A stretch of 64,000 nucleotides of DNA from NCBI GenBank assembly GCA_944349375.1, contig CALVMV010000002.1, positions 35,448 to 99,447 on the forward strand. Direction: 5' to 3'. Shown here piece by piece: positions 8,302-18,302 of the stretch. The notes beneath the pieces are model-generated. The model worked only from the letters and a program-made list of their open reading frames with translations, was not told where the DNA came from and did not search any database. This DNA comes from an uncultured Clostridia bacterium. GTDB lineage: Bacteria; Bacillota; Clostridia; Christensenellales; UBA1242. Every line of letters begins with the position of its first letter. The stretch's first letter is position 1. A program made the position numbers and the translations under genes.

Positions 8302-9222
8302 ATGAATTTTTTTGATAAAGAATTTTACAATTTAATAAACGAATTTAAAACTAAGTCTATAATAAATTTATACACCCATAGTTTACACAAATTTAAAAGC
8401 TGTTCTATTGGAATGCAAAAATCTTTTGAAAAATTCTTCAATCAATTCCCCTACTGGGGAAAATTAGATATTCAGTCAGAAAACTATGAGTTTATTTACT
8501 TAAAAGCAAAAACTTTTAAAAAACATCATAAAGATTATGTCTGGCTATATGAAACCCTTTCAGATTTTAAGTCAAAACGAATTTTATATTCTATTTTAAA
8601 CAATTTTTATAATTTTAATTTTGAAGATTTAAAAACAGTAAAAGACAAACTACATTATTTTGACTTAGACTTATTGCCATCTATAAAAAACATGGTAATA
8701 GTTGATGTTGGTGCTTATACAGGCGATACTGTTTTAGATTGTATAAAAACTTATAATGAAAATTATAAAAAATTTTATTGTTTTGAAATAACACCAAGTG
8801 TCTGTAACGATTTGGAAAATAATTTAAAAGATTATAAAAATATTATTATAAAAAATAAGGCTGTAAGCGATAAAATTGAAACACTATTTTTAAAAGAAAA
8901 TAGTCATGCTTCAGGAAACCAAATTACTAACGCTGGCGATTTGCCTTTGCAAAGCACCACTCTTGATTTAGGAATCAAAGAAAAAATAGATTTGATTAAA
9001 ATGGACATTGAAGGAGCGGAAGAAAAAGCACTTTTAGGTTCAGTCGAACACATAAAAAAAGATAAACCGATATTATTAATATCAGTTTATCATAATAACG
9101 AAGACTTATATAAATTGCCACAAATTATAAAATCTTTAAATCAAGGTTATAAATTATATCTTAGGTATTATGGTGGGCCTTATTATGCAACAGAAATAGT
9201 TTTGTTTGCTATTCCAAATTAA
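8302..9222 (+). CDS. FkbM-family SAM-dependent methyltransferase
   Basis: Motifs VIVDVGAYTGDT (SAM-binding glycine loop) and IDLIKMDIEGAEEKAL (FkbM hallmark). GGAGAG RBS lies before the ATG at 8302. The ATG at 8290 is an alternative start. Confidence 0.75.
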   Translation: MNFFDKEFYNLINEFKTKSIINLYTHSLHKFKSCSIGMQKSFEKFFNQFPYWGKLDIQSENYEFIYLKAKTFKKHHKDYVWLYETLSDFKSKRILYSILNNFYNFNFEDLKTVKDKLHYFDLDLLPSIKNMVIVDVGAYTGDTVLDCIKTYNENYKKFYCFEITPSVCNDLENNLKDYKNIIIKNKAVSDKIETLFLKENSHASGNQITNAGDLPLQSTTLDLGIKEKIDLIKMDIEGAEEKALLGSVEHIKKDKPILLISVYHNNEDLYKLPQIIKSLNQGYKLYLRYYGGPYYATEIVLFAIPN

Positions 9223-9231
9223 AATTAACTA

Positions 9232-12200
9232 TTATTTCTTGCTTACTTTTTCTAAAATTTTTCGTTGTTTTTCTATTTCTTTTACTATATTACTTGCAAC
9301 TCCTTTATAATTGTGCCACCAATCTCTGCTCCAAACACGCATAATAGTCCAGCCTCTTGATTTAAGGAATTCGTTTCTATAAACATCTCTTTCTAAAATA
9401 GAGTTAGAACTATTTATAGCAGTTTGGTCAGTTTCTATTCCTAGTATGTATTTATCGAGTTTTTTGTCATATACAGCTACAGAAATTCTGCTGTCAGAGT
9501 TACCTAAGTTAATTTGTGCAGTATATCCCAATTTTGTAAGTTTATGCTGAATTTGCTGTTCAAGAGGCAAAATGCCAATAGTTTTATTTGGCTTTAATAT
9601 TCTTTGATTAAAACTATCCAAAATTGAACTAACTTCTTCCGAATTGCCTTTTGAAACAGCTCTAGCATAAGCTAAATAACTTCTTAAAAGTTTTGGTCCA
9701 GCATATTTAGCACCTTCAACTTTGAGTTCTTCTGGCTCTATACTTGTTACCACATAAATTTTTTGTTTAGCACGAGTAATCGCAACATTAAGTCTATTTT
9801 CCCCTCCTTCGTTTGAAAGAGAACCAAAAGATGCATTAACCTTTCCAAATTCATTTCTTGCATAACCTATTGAGAAAATGATTATATCTCTTTCATCACC
9901 CTGAACATTTTCAATGTTTTTAACAAAAAGTCCTACATCTTCATCATTTTCCACCCTACTTGTTTCTCTAATAAATTTACTTCTAAAACTTTCATCTTTA
10001 AAACATTCTTTATCAAACAAATCTTCTATTATGGCTTCTTGGTCTGCATTAAATGTAATAATACCAATTGTTTCATTATTTTTTCTAGTTTTCAAAATAT
10101 GTTTAGTAAGTTCAACTACTTTTTTAGCTTCTACAATATTTTTTCTATCTACCCATTTTCCATCTACTAAAATTCGTTCTATTGGTTTTTGCCTTAAATT
10201 TTTTGAAACATTTGGCGCAATTTGTAAATTACCAGAATAAAAAGCTTTGTTAGAAAAATCAATAAGCTCTTGATTTTTACTTCTATAATGGTATGTAATG
10301 TTTGCACTGTTAAATCTTGAAACTGCTAAATCTAATAAACTTTCAACTTCAAGAGCTGCTTGAGTAGATAAATCTACTTCATCATCTAAACTAGCTCCCA
10401 TATATCTCTTCATAAATGTTGTAGTTGGACGCAACTGTTTAGCATCACCAGCAACAACAACACATTTTCCCCTAAACATGGAAGGGACTGTATTTTCAAT
10501 AAATACTTGTGAAGCCTCATCAAAAAGGACAATATCAAACATATTTTTTTCTAAAGGCAAAATAGTCGAAACATTTTCAGGAGATAATAACCAACAAGGG
10601 AACATCTTAAACAAATAGTCCCCATAAACTTCTACCATTTTTCTTATAGGCCAGAAATTTTGTTTTTTGGAAATCTGGTAAAGAAAATCTTTACTTTGAC
10701 TATCTCCATTAAACATATTATTGTAATCTTCTACAAAGCTTTGCATTGAAATTTGTCTAGATAAAGCATTTTGCTCTTTTTTTATTGCTACAATTCTAGT
10801 TCTAATATTCTCAAAGTCAGTCATTTGAGCAAGTTGAACTTTCATTTTGTTTTCATATTCGATAATTTCATGATAAATTCTAAGAGGTAATAATTTATTT
10901 AAAATTTCAACATATTTATTGTAAGAATTTGCATGTTTATATGCAAAATTTAACACAAATTTTTGATTTTCTGTTAAATTGTTTAAAACTTGATTTATAT
11001 CTTGATTACCAATATAATTTTCAACAGCATTCAAAAGCAATTTCAAAATAGAATTATTACCACTTAAAATACCATCAACTGCCATTAAGTAGCCTTCTTC
11101 TGTCAATATTTCTTTAAGAAATTCATATTCTTCCAAATACTCTTGTAATGCAGAAATAGTTTTATCAAATTCTTTTGAAATAATTTTCTCTTTCTTTAAC
11201 ATGCTAAATTTAGCAATTGGATACAAAGGAAAAGCAAAATGACTTATTTCCAAAAATTTATTCGTTTTTTGATATTCTAATTTTGCAACCATTTTAATCA
11301 AAGTTTTTAAATTTGATTTTTCATTTAAACAAGATAAATAAGTCAAAATTTGTCTGCTATATTTATATTCTGCTCCATCAAACAAAGCTTGTCTTGTTGA
11401 GCAAAGATTTTCTAATTTGGACTGGCATTTTGCAAGCTCATGTAAAGATGCATCCTTCTTCAAATGATCAACAAAAGGATTTTTCTTTTTGCTTTCAACA
11501 AAATTGTAATAAAGTTGTACTTTATTTGATTCATTCAATAAACTTAATGCTTGACTTAACTGGTCAAAATTAAAAGATAACAATTTTTTAGATTTGAGCA
11601 TTTGTTGATAAATGCTATATTCTACCGAATGTTTGCCGATTTTGAAAGAGTTGTAATACATTTCTTGCAAAGATAACCCAAATGGAGTTTTCTCAGTTAA
11701 ACAATTATTTATTTCTTCTAATTTTTTTATTTCTTTTGAAAGTAATTCACTTTGTTGTTCAAATTTCTTGCCAATAGCATAATCAATATTAAAAGACTGC
11801 AACTTTTCATGTGATTTAAGGCATCTTTCATAAAAGCCTCTTTTTTCTTTTTCAGCATCAACAACAAACATTGCTCGGTTATTAAGAGAACCTAACCTAT
11901 TAAAAACTACATCTAATGCTGCTTTTTTCTGAGAAACAACTAAAACTTTTTTGTTTTTAGCAATGGCATCTGAAATAATATTAACAATAGTTTGACTCTT
12001 ACCCGTTCCTGGAGGTCCATATATAACCATGCTTCCATCTTCGTTAACTTTTGAAACAACTTGCTCTTGCGCATAGTCAACATTGTTAATTAAATATAAA
12101 TCTTTCGACTTATTATTTCTCTTAATTTTTACTTTTTTGTTTAACAACAAATTGATAGATTCATTTGTCAAATGTTTTTTCTCTAATTTAGCATAATCAT

Positions 12201-13002
12201 TATAAATTGAATTTGCTAGAGAGCATCTGGCAAGCAAGCACAAATTTTTAATTTCAGGAGCTTGTGAATGTTTTGGCTCAGAATATCTATCAAATGGAAA
12301 AATATTTTTTCTAGGGTTAGCACTTATTTTAACTCCAAAAGTAGCAAGATAGTCTAAGAGTTTTTGGATATTTGAAAATCTTGATTTCATACAATCGAAT
12401 TCCATATCCATTTCTTCAAGATTCAATCTCTTCGCATCTGCAAAGGCATACATTAAAGCTTTGTTTAATTGGACAGGCTCACCTGATTTTAAACAAATAC
12501 TTGCAGTTGAATCGTTTTCGATTTGCAACTCTACAGGGAACATTAATAATGGGGCTCTAAATGTATAGTTTTTAACATTTCCAAATACAAAAGGATAACA
12601 AACATAAAGTTCGCTACGCCCTGTTTCTTTTTCAATTTCGTCAATTTCTCTTTTTAAAGCAACAAGATTTTTAACCTCTTGTTCAATCATTTTCTTTGCT
12701 TGTTGTTTCTTTTGCTTTTCTAAATCAACTTTCCCTTCCTGAGAATTTGCTAATTCTTGGCTATCTTCAATCTTAATATTTTTCAAAAAAATATCTTTAT
12801 GCTCTTTGCCAATAAGTTCAATAGGACTAGTTCGACCATTCCAAAGATTATCTAAAAGTTCATTTGCAAAATCTTGATTTTGATATAAAAGTTTGCCTAT
12901 ATCATAACCATTTTTTTTGTTAAAGTTTTTTAAATATAGGCTTCTATTTTTTCCACTTATTTCAATTAATCTTTCTTTATAATATGTATAAATGCTTTTC
13001 AT
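9232..13002 (-). CDS. Large SF1 (Upf1/DNA2-like, AAA_11/AAA_12) helicase with an N-terminal DUF4011-like region and a C-terminal DUF559/Vsr-like PD-(D/E)xK endonuclease domain
   Basis: 1256 aa. Walker A GPPGTGKSQT (about aa 331), motif II LFDEASQ (about aa 829). Also VVAGDAKQLRP, YHYRS, GDERDIIIFS and NVAITRAK. C-terminal stretch ISVAVYD...LGIETDQ...RDVYRNEFLKSRGWTIMRVWSRDWW. RBS GAGG. Confidence 0.75.
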   Translation of the reverse strand: MKSIYTYYKERLIEISGKNRSLYLKNFNKKNGYDIGKLLYQNQDFANELLDNLWNGRTSPIELIGKEHKDIFLKNIKIEDSQELANSQEGKVDLEKQKKQQAKKMIEQEVKNLVALKREIDEIEKETGRSELYVCYPFVFGNVKNYTFRAPLLMFPVELQIENDSTASICLKSGEPVQLNKALMYAFADAKRLNLEEMDMEFDCMKSRFSNIQKLLDYLATFGVKISANPRKNIFPFDRYSEPKHSQAPEIKNLCLLARCSLANSIYNDYAKLEKKHLTNESINLLLNKKVKIKRNNKSKDLYLINNVDYAQEQVVSKVNEDGSMVIYGPPGTGKSQTIVNIISDAIAKNKKVLVVSQKKAALDVVFNRLGSLNNRAMFVVDAEKEKRGFYERCLKSHEKLQSFNIDYAIGKKFEQQSELLSKEIKKLEEINNCLTEKTPFGLSLQEMYYNSFKIGKHSVEYSIYQQMLKSKKLLSFNFDQLSQALSLLNESNKVQLYYNFVESKKKNPFVDHLKKDASLHELAKCQSKLENLCSTRQALFDGAEYKYSRQILTYLSCLNEKSNLKTLIKMVAKLEYQKTNKFLEISHFAFPLYPIAKFSMLKKEKIISKEFDKTISALQEYLEEYEFLKEILTEEGYLMAVDGILSGNNSILKLLLNAVENYIGNQDINQVLNNLTENQKFVLNFAYKHANSYNKYVEILNKLLPLRIYHEIIEYENKMKVQLAQMTDFENIRTRIVAIKKEQNALSRQISMQSFVEDYNNMFNGDSQSKDFLYQISKKQNFWPIRKMVEVYGDYLFKMFPCWLLSPENVSTILPLEKNMFDIVLFDEASQVFIENTVPSMFRGKCVVVAGDAKQLRPTTTFMKRYMGASLDDEVDLSTQAALEVESLLDLAVSRFNSANITYHYRSKNQELIDFSNKAFYSGNLQIAPNVSKNLRQKPIERILVDGKWVDRKNIVEAKKVVELTKHILKTRKNNETIGIITFNADQEAIIEDLFDKECFKDESFRSKFIRETSRVENDEDVGLFVKNIENVQGDERDIIIFSIGYARNEFGKVNASFGSLSNEGGENRLNVAITRAKQKIYVVTSIEPEELKVEGAKYAGPKLLRSYLAYARAVSKGNSEEVSSILDSFNQRILKPNKTIGILPLEQQIQHKLTKLGYTAQINLGNSDSRISVAVYDKKLDKYILGIETDQTAINSSNSILERDVYRNEFLKSRGWTIMRVWSRDWWHNYKGVASNIVKEIEKQRKILEKVSKK

Positions 13003-13044
13003 AAATTTTCCTCACAAATATTTTACACTTTTTTGCTAGAAAAT

Positions 13045-13078
13045 ACAAATAAAAAAAGCTCTATCTTAAGAGCTTTTT
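13045..13078. terminator. Symmetric Rho-independent terminator between eno and the helicase gene
   Basis: Perfect 10-bp stem AAAAAGCTCT/AGAGCTTTTT (13053-13062 and 13069-13078) with a 6-nt loop, flanked by A/T runs on both sides. Confidence 0.75.
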
Positions 13079-13079
13079 C

Positions 13080-14369
13080 TTAAAATTTTAATTCATTAAA
13101 TTTTGCCTTTTTGCCTAGTTCTTCTTCTATTCTTAATAATTGATTGTATTTTGCTACTCTTTCACTTCTACAAGGAGCCCCTGTTTTTATTTGTCCGCAA
13201 TTTAAAGCGACTACTAAATCTGAAATAAATGAATCTTCTGTTTCTCCACTTCTATGAGAAACAACCGCCGTCATATTGTTGTCATGTGCAAGATTAATAG
13301 CTTCTATAGCTTCTGTCAAAGTTCCAATTTGATTTACTTTTATTAAAATAGAATTTGCTACTTTTAACTCAATCCCTTTTTTAAGGCGTTGTGGATTTGT
13401 AACAAACAAATCATCTCCCACTAATTGAATTTTACCACCCAAAACCTTTGTAAGTTTTTGCCAGCCTGCCCAATCTTCTTCAGCAAGCCCATCTTCGATT
13501 GAAACAATAGGATATTTTTTTATCCATGATTGATAAAATTTTATTAACTGTTCAGCTGTAAATATTTCACCTGTTTTCCAAAAATAATATTTTCCTTCTT
13601 TTCCAATCTTTTTTGCTTCATCATACATTTCAGTCGAAGCCACATCTAAAGCAATTGCTACATCTTTTCCTTTTTTGAATCCAGAAACTTCTATAGCTTC
13701 AACTAAAAGTTTTAAAGCTTCTTCATCACTGGCAAGATTTGGTGCAAAGCCACCTTCATCACCTACTCCTGTTGAAAGTTTCTTTTCTTTTAATATTTTC
13801 TTAAGGTTTTGATAAATTCTTGAAGCCCATTCAATAGACTGAGAAAAAGTTTTAGCTCCAATAGGCATAATCATAAATTCTTGACAATTTAAATTATTAT
13901 CTGCGTGTTTTCCACCGTTTAGAATATTTAACATGGCAACAGGCAAAGTTGTTCCTTTACCTAAATATTTATATAAACTCACATTAGAAGCTTTAGCTCC
14001 AGCAACAGCAACAGCAAGAGATACCCCCAAAATAGCATTTGCTCCTAATTTGGATTTATTTTCTGTTCCATCTAATTCAATCATTTTTTTGTCAATTTTT
14101 TCCTGTGCAAATACATTCATACCAGCAACATTTTTTGCTATGATTTTATTTACATTTTCAACGGCTTTGAGCACTGATTTACCATTGAAATAATTTTTAT
14201 CATTATCTCTTAATTCGACAGCTTCAAACGCACCAGTAGATGCTCCAGAAGGAACAGCCGCTCTCCCCATAATTCCATTTTCAAGCCAAACATCAACCTC
14301 TACTGTTGGATTTGAACGAGAATCCAAAATTTGTCTTGCGTGAATTTTTTTAATTTTTAACTCTTTCAT
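13080..14369 (-). CDS. eno: Enolase (phosphopyruvate hydratase)
   Basis: [27 protein letters not shown]..., [31 protein letters not shown]. Start set at the ATG at 14369 with an AAAGGAGAAAG RBS. The track ORF adds 12 spurious codons. Confidence 0.95.
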   Translation of the reverse strand: MKELKIKKIHARQILDSRSNPTVEVDVWLENGIMGRAAVPSGASTGAFEAVELRDNDKNYFNGKSVLKAVENVNKIIAKNVAGMNVFAQEKIDKKMIELDGTENKSKLGANAILGVSLAVAVAGAKASNVSLYKYLGKGTTLPVAMLNILNGGKHADNNLNCQEFMIMPIGAKTFSQSIEWASRIYQNLKKILKEKKLSTGVGDEGGFAPNLASDEEALKLLVEAIEVSGFKKGKDVAIALDVASTEMYDEAKKIGKEGKYYFWKTGEIFTAEQLIKFYQSWIKKYPIVSIEDGLAEEDWAGWQKLTKVLGGKIQLVGDDLFVTNPQRLKKGIELKVANSILIKVNQIGTLTEAIEAINLAHDNNMTAVVSHRSGETEDSFISDLVVALNCGQIKTGAPCRSERVAKYNQLLRIEEELGKKAKFNELKF

Positions 14370-14408
14370 ACTTTCTCCTTTTAACTTTTCAATAAGAATT
14401 ATCAACGC

Positions 14409-14866
14409 TTATAGACCCCTTGCATTTATTAACTCATTATAAAAAACATTAAACAATTTTTCATCTGCTTTTATATTTTGCCCAAAGTTTGTTCCCAAAT
14501 TAATATCACATTCTCTTTTAGACGACATTCCATGAAAATCAATTAAGTATTTTATATTGTGTTTTTTATTATCTTAAAAATTTTTTGCCTATAAAGGTTA
14601 ACTAAGTCAAAATTAGCATCCTCAAACAGATTTTCAGTTTTTATTATTAAAGAAGAATTAGTTTTTTCACTAATACAAATTGCAACTTTAGCACTACCTT
14701 CTTCAGAGTATTTTAATTTACCTAATCTATTTTGCGAAACACAGTGTGGAGCAGATAAAGAAAATCTCCTATTTTTGTTCTTGCTTTGTATCCTTTGCTA
14801 TCATCTGAAACGAATTTGCTAATTATTTGATTAAAACTTTTACACGTGTAATATTTCATCAGTCAT
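14409..14866 (-). pseudogene. Frameshifted, truncated gene remnant, tentatively N-formylglutamate amidohydrolase (FGase)-like
   Basis: Hand translation gives three fragments in different frames. First: MKYYTCKSFNQIISKFVSDDSKGYKARTKIGDF... Second: RRFSLSAPHCVSQNRLGKLKYSEEGSAKVAICISEKTNSSLIIKTENLFEDANFDLVNLYRQKIF. Third: LIDFHGMSSKRECDINLGTNFGQNIKADEKLFNVFYNELINARGL*. The APH...DFHGM...LGTNFG order resembles FGase-family motifs recalled from memory. Confidence 0.4.
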
Positions 14867-15018
14867 ATTATACATATTTTCGCCCTTTATTCAAAACGCT
14901 TTGATATACTATTTATATAAAAATTAAAAGATTAAAAAACAATTTTAAACCTTGAAGTATATTATTTGAAACAAATAACTGAAATTAAACACAAAAATAA
15001 ACAAAACAAAATTTAAAA

Positions 15019-15046
15019 TTGCTTTTTGTTTTTTATTTTCTATGAT
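15019..15046 (+). promoter_or_regulatory. Candidate sigma-A promoter for the flavin oxidoreductase gene
   Basis: TTGCTT (15019-15024), a 16-nt spacer, then TATGAT (15041-15046), about 25 nt upstream of the ATG at 15072. Confidence 0.35.
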
Positions 15047-15071
15047 AAAATAAAGGTAAATAGGAGGTCTT

Positions 15072-17126
15072 ATGAATAAAAAAATAGAACCATTATTTAC
15101 TCCATGGAAAATAGGTAATGTTGAAATTAAAAATAGAATTGTATTATGTCCAATGGGTGGCACTTCAGTTTTTGGTTGGATGGAACCACACCATTTAGAT
15201 AAAGATGCTTGCGATTTTTTTATGGATGTTGCAAAAAACAATGTCGGACTTATAATTCCTGGCATTGCACCTTTAAAAAATTTAATTGGAGGACAATGGC
15301 TTTATAAAAGCAAAAGAACATTTAAAAAACTCAAAAAATACATGCAAGAATTTCACAAAACCGGTGCAAAAATGTTTATTCAATTAACAGCTGGCTTTGG
15401 TAGATCCTTTTCAATTCCAAACTCATTAGCCAAAATTTGCAAATCAAAATTTTTATCAAACATTTTAAAACCTATTATTAATTTACCATATTTATGCGCA
15501 AGCCCTTCAAAACTTCCATCTAGATGGCTAGAAGGTTATACCTGTAGAGAACTTAAGAAAAAAGAAATAGAAAAAATGATTTATGCTTTTGCTCAAACTG
15601 CAAAACTATGTAAAGAAGCTGGAGTTGATGGCGTAGAAATTCATGCTGTTCATGAGGGATATTTGTTAGATCAATTTACACTTAACTACACAAACAAAAG
15701 AACAGATGAATATGGCGGAAGTTGGGAAAATAAATATCGTTTCGCAACTGAAGTTGTAAAAGCAATAAAGAAAGAATGCGGACAAGATTATCCTGTAAGT
15801 TTGCGTTTCTCTGCAGTGAGCAAAACTAAAGATTTTTGCGAAGGTATTTTACCTGGTGAAAAATATAAAGATATAGGTAGAGATATAGAAGAAGGTAAAA
15901 AAGCAGCCAAGTATTTACAAGATGCTGGATATGATATGCTTAATACTGACAATGGAACTTATGACGCATGGTATTGGGCTCACCCACCTCTTTATATGCC
16001 AAAAAATTGCAACCTTGAAGATGTCTCAAAAATAAAAGAAGTCGTCTCAATTCCTGTAGTATGTGCTGGCAAAATGGAGGCTGTAGATGCAGCCAAAGCT
16101 ATAAAAAATGGAAAAATTGATGCAATGGGTGTTGCTAGACAATTTCTTACAGATAGTCATTGGGTAACAAAACTAATTGAAGATAGACCAGAAGATATAC
16201 AGCCTTGTATTTATTGCCATAATGCTTGTTTAAATATGGCTCATTATAAAGGGGTATCAAATGATCAAGCAATGGAAGATTCAAAACATATGTCAAGATG
16301 TGCATTAAATCCTATGACCATGGATGGAGGCAAGTTTGACTTATCCCCTGCTAAAAAGAAGAAAAAAATAGCAGTTATTGGTGGCGGAGTCGGCGGAATG
16401 GAAGTTGCAAGAGTTGCAACTTTGCGAGGACATGATGTAACAATTTACGAAAAAACAAAAAATTTGGGTGGAGTATTCATTTCAGCAGGAAAATTTAGCT
16501 TTAAAGAAAGAGATAGAATGCTTTTAAAATGGTATAAAAAACAAATTAAAGACTTAAATATTAATGTAAAATATAATTGCGAAATAAAAGATATAAACGA
16601 AATTAAAGCAGATGAAATTGTTATTGCAACAGGAGCTAAAGCAAAAACAATAAAAATAAAAGGTATTGAAAATTCAATAGAAGCAATTGACTTTTTGGAG
16701 AATCCATCTGTTATGGGCGAAAAAGTGGCTATAATTGGTGGAGGTCTTACTGGATGTGAAATTGCTTATCAATTAGCTCTCGATGGCAAAAAGCCATTAA
16801 TAATCGAAGCAAAACAAGATTTAATGGCTGTTAGAGGCCTTTGTATGGCAAATTCTTCTTACTTAAAAGATTATTTCAAGCATAACAAAATCCCTGTTTA
16901 CCTCGAATCAAATGTAAAAGAAATAGGCAAAAATTACATCATAATAAATGACAAAAATAACACAGAGAAAAAATTAAAAGTTGATAATGTCATTTTGTCT
17001 ATAGGTTACACCCCTGCACCACTGACAACAAAAGGCAAGCATATTCATATTGTAGGCGATGCCTTTAAAGTAGGAAATTTAAGAACAGTAGTTTGGAGAG
17101 CATGGGAAATAGCAAAAAAATTATAA
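15072..17126 (+). CDS. Old-yellow-enzyme-family NADH:flavin oxidoreductase fused to an FAD/NAD(P)-binding domain (2-enoate / 2,4-dienoyl-CoA reductase family)
   Basis: 684 aa. TIM-barrel motifs VLCPMGG and EIHAVHEGYLLDQF. Cys cluster CIYCHNAC...RCALNP (4Fe-4S type). Two dinucleotide-binding loops, VIGGGVGGME and IIGGGLTGCE. RBS TAGGAGG. Confidence 0.8.
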   Translation: MNKKIEPLFTPWKIGNVEIKNRIVLCPMGGTSVFGWMEPHHLDKDACDFFMDVAKNNVGLIIPGIAPLKNLIGGQWLYKSKRTFKKLKKYMQEFHKTGAKMFIQLTAGFGRSFSIPNSLAKICKSKFLSNILKPIINLPYLCASPSKLPSRWLEGYTCRELKKKEIEKMIYAFAQTAKLCKEAGVDGVEIHAVHEGYLLDQFTLNYTNKRTDEYGGSWENKYRFATEVVKAIKKECGQDYPVSLRFSAVSKTKDFCEGILPGEKYKDIGRDIEEGKKAAKYLQDAGYDMLNTDNGTYDAWYWAHPPLYMPKNCNLEDVSKIKEVVSIPVVCAGKMEAVDAAKAIKNGKIDAMGVARQFLTDSHWVTKLIEDRPEDIQPCIYCHNACLNMAHYKGVSNDQAMEDSKHMSRCALNPMTMDGGKFDLSPAKKKKKIAVIGGGVGGMEVARVATLRGHDVTIYEKTKNLGGVFISAGKFSFKERDRMLLKWYKKQIKDLNINVKYNCEIKDINEIKADEIVIATGAKAKTIKIKGIENSIEAIDFLENPSVMGEKVAIIGGGLTGCEIAYQLALDGKKPLIIEAKQDLMAVRGLCMANSSYLKDYFKHNKIPVYLESNVKEIGKNYIIINDKNNTEKKLKVDNVILSIGYTPAPLTTKGKHIHIVGDAFKVGNLRTVVWRAWEIAKKL

Positions 17127-17157
17127 AAAGTCCATCTTTATAGATGAACTTTTTTTA
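17126..17157 (+). terminator. Rho-independent terminator after the oxidoreductase gene
   Basis: AGTCCATC-TTTATA-GATGAACT (one mismatch) followed by TTTTTT. Confidence 0.6.
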
Positions 17158-17200
17158 TTTACATATTGATTTGCAAACAAAATTATGATATAATGAAAAC

Positions 17201-18271
17201 ATGAAAAATAAAAAAATGGAAAAATATATTAATCTAGACTTTAAAAAGACTCCTTTGAGAATAGAAAATACCACACTTTACAGAATTAAAAGTTTCTTAA
17301 AGGGTGTAATTATTTTAGGATCATGTGTCGATATTTATTTAACATCTTCTACTTTGTATGTGCTTTATAATAACAAAGCTCAAAATCTCACAAACGATTT
17401 TGATACAGACAAAGTAATTGATGATAACGGAAATGAAATAGAAGTAGATGACAACGGCCAAATTAATCCATACCCTGTATCTGATGAAGAAAAACAACAA
17501 GTTATCTCTAAATATAAGCAATTTTTGAGTAATGAAACAAAAAATTTTGGGATCACTGATGTCATAAATAAAATAATTTCAGTAGATTGTATTCAAATAA
17601 GAGAGCAAATAATTGAGGATACTTACAAAAACTATTTAATTACAATTAAATTTGAAACAACTGATGAAAAGAACAATTCAAATACATATGAATTACAATA
17701 TTATGCTGATAAAGATTTTTCTTTAACTACATCTGACCAATCAGATGTTAACAAGTTAAATGAACTAATCAACTATTTACAAAATCCTGATTACTGTGCT
17801 TTGTATAATTTAAACCAAATGAGCGAACTATCAAAAGAAATTATGGACATTTTGATAAGTAGAGGCAATAAAGATATTTCTTTTGTTGGGCAAAGCATAA
17901 AAACACAGCACAATTCGGGTGATACATTATATTTAATACCAGTCTATCACACTGATGGCAAGATTGATGTCTTGACAACCTCGATTCAATCCACACAAGA
18001 CTTGGAATTTGAATTTGGAAGTTGGTATGAAGATCAATTAGCGCCTGAAAAAGCTTTTATTGAACAATTAGCGGGCAAAGATGAATATTTCACAAAAACT
18101 GAAAAATCATCAGGTTCTAGCTTAACTGAGATAAATTCTATTTTACAAGAGTATCAAGATTCTAATAAAGATGCTGAAGAAGATGAAAAAGAACAAGCAC
18201 AAAATCTAAAAAAAGAATACAATTTTTATAGCTATATAGATAAATTTTATAGCGAAATTATAGAGAAATAA
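17201..18271 (+). CDS. Hypothetical membrane-anchored protein with an acidic C-terminal region
   Basis: 356 aa. One predicted TM helix (VIILGSCVDIYLTSSTLYVLY). No motif I recognise. No clear RBS. The ATG at 17216 is an alternative start. Confidence 0.5.
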   Translation: MKNKKMEKYINLDFKKTPLRIENTTLYRIKSFLKGVIILGSCVDIYLTSSTLYVLYNNKAQNLTNDFDTDKVIDDNGNEIEVDDNGQINPYPVSDEEKQQVISKYKQFLSNETKNFGITDVINKIISVDCIQIREQIIEDTYKNYLITIKFETTDEKNNSNTYELQYYADKDFSLTTSDQSDVNKLNELINYLQNPDYCALYNLNQMSELSKEIMDILISRGNKDISFVGQSIKTQHNSGDTLYLIPVYHTDGKIDVLTTSIQSTQDLEFEFGSWYEDQLAPEKAFIEQLAGKDEYFTKTEKSSGSSLTEINSILQEYQDSNKDAEEDEKEQAQNLKKEYNFYSYIDKFYSEIIEK

Positions 18272-18302
18272 AAAAAACTTCTTGTTTTCAAGAAGTTTTT
18301 TT
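18272..18302. terminator. Bidirectional terminator shared by convergent genes
   Basis: AACTTCTT-GTTTTC-AAGAAGTT flanked by an A-run and a T-run. It lies between the stops at 18271 (+) and 18301 (-). Confidence 0.75.

Noticed and set aside
9232-13080. Possibility that the helicase-nuclease gene is part of a mobile element or island
   Set aside because: No integrase, transposase or tRNA lies nearby, and I found no flanking direct or inverted repeats by eye. The composition looks like the rest of the window. Horizontal origin cannot be assessed without comparative data.
14945-15265. 106-aa minus-strand ORF overlapping the start of the oxidoreductase gene
   Set aside because: It overlaps a well-supported plus-strand CDS together with its RBS and promoter. 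It has no RBS, and its composition is driven by the AT-rich spacer.
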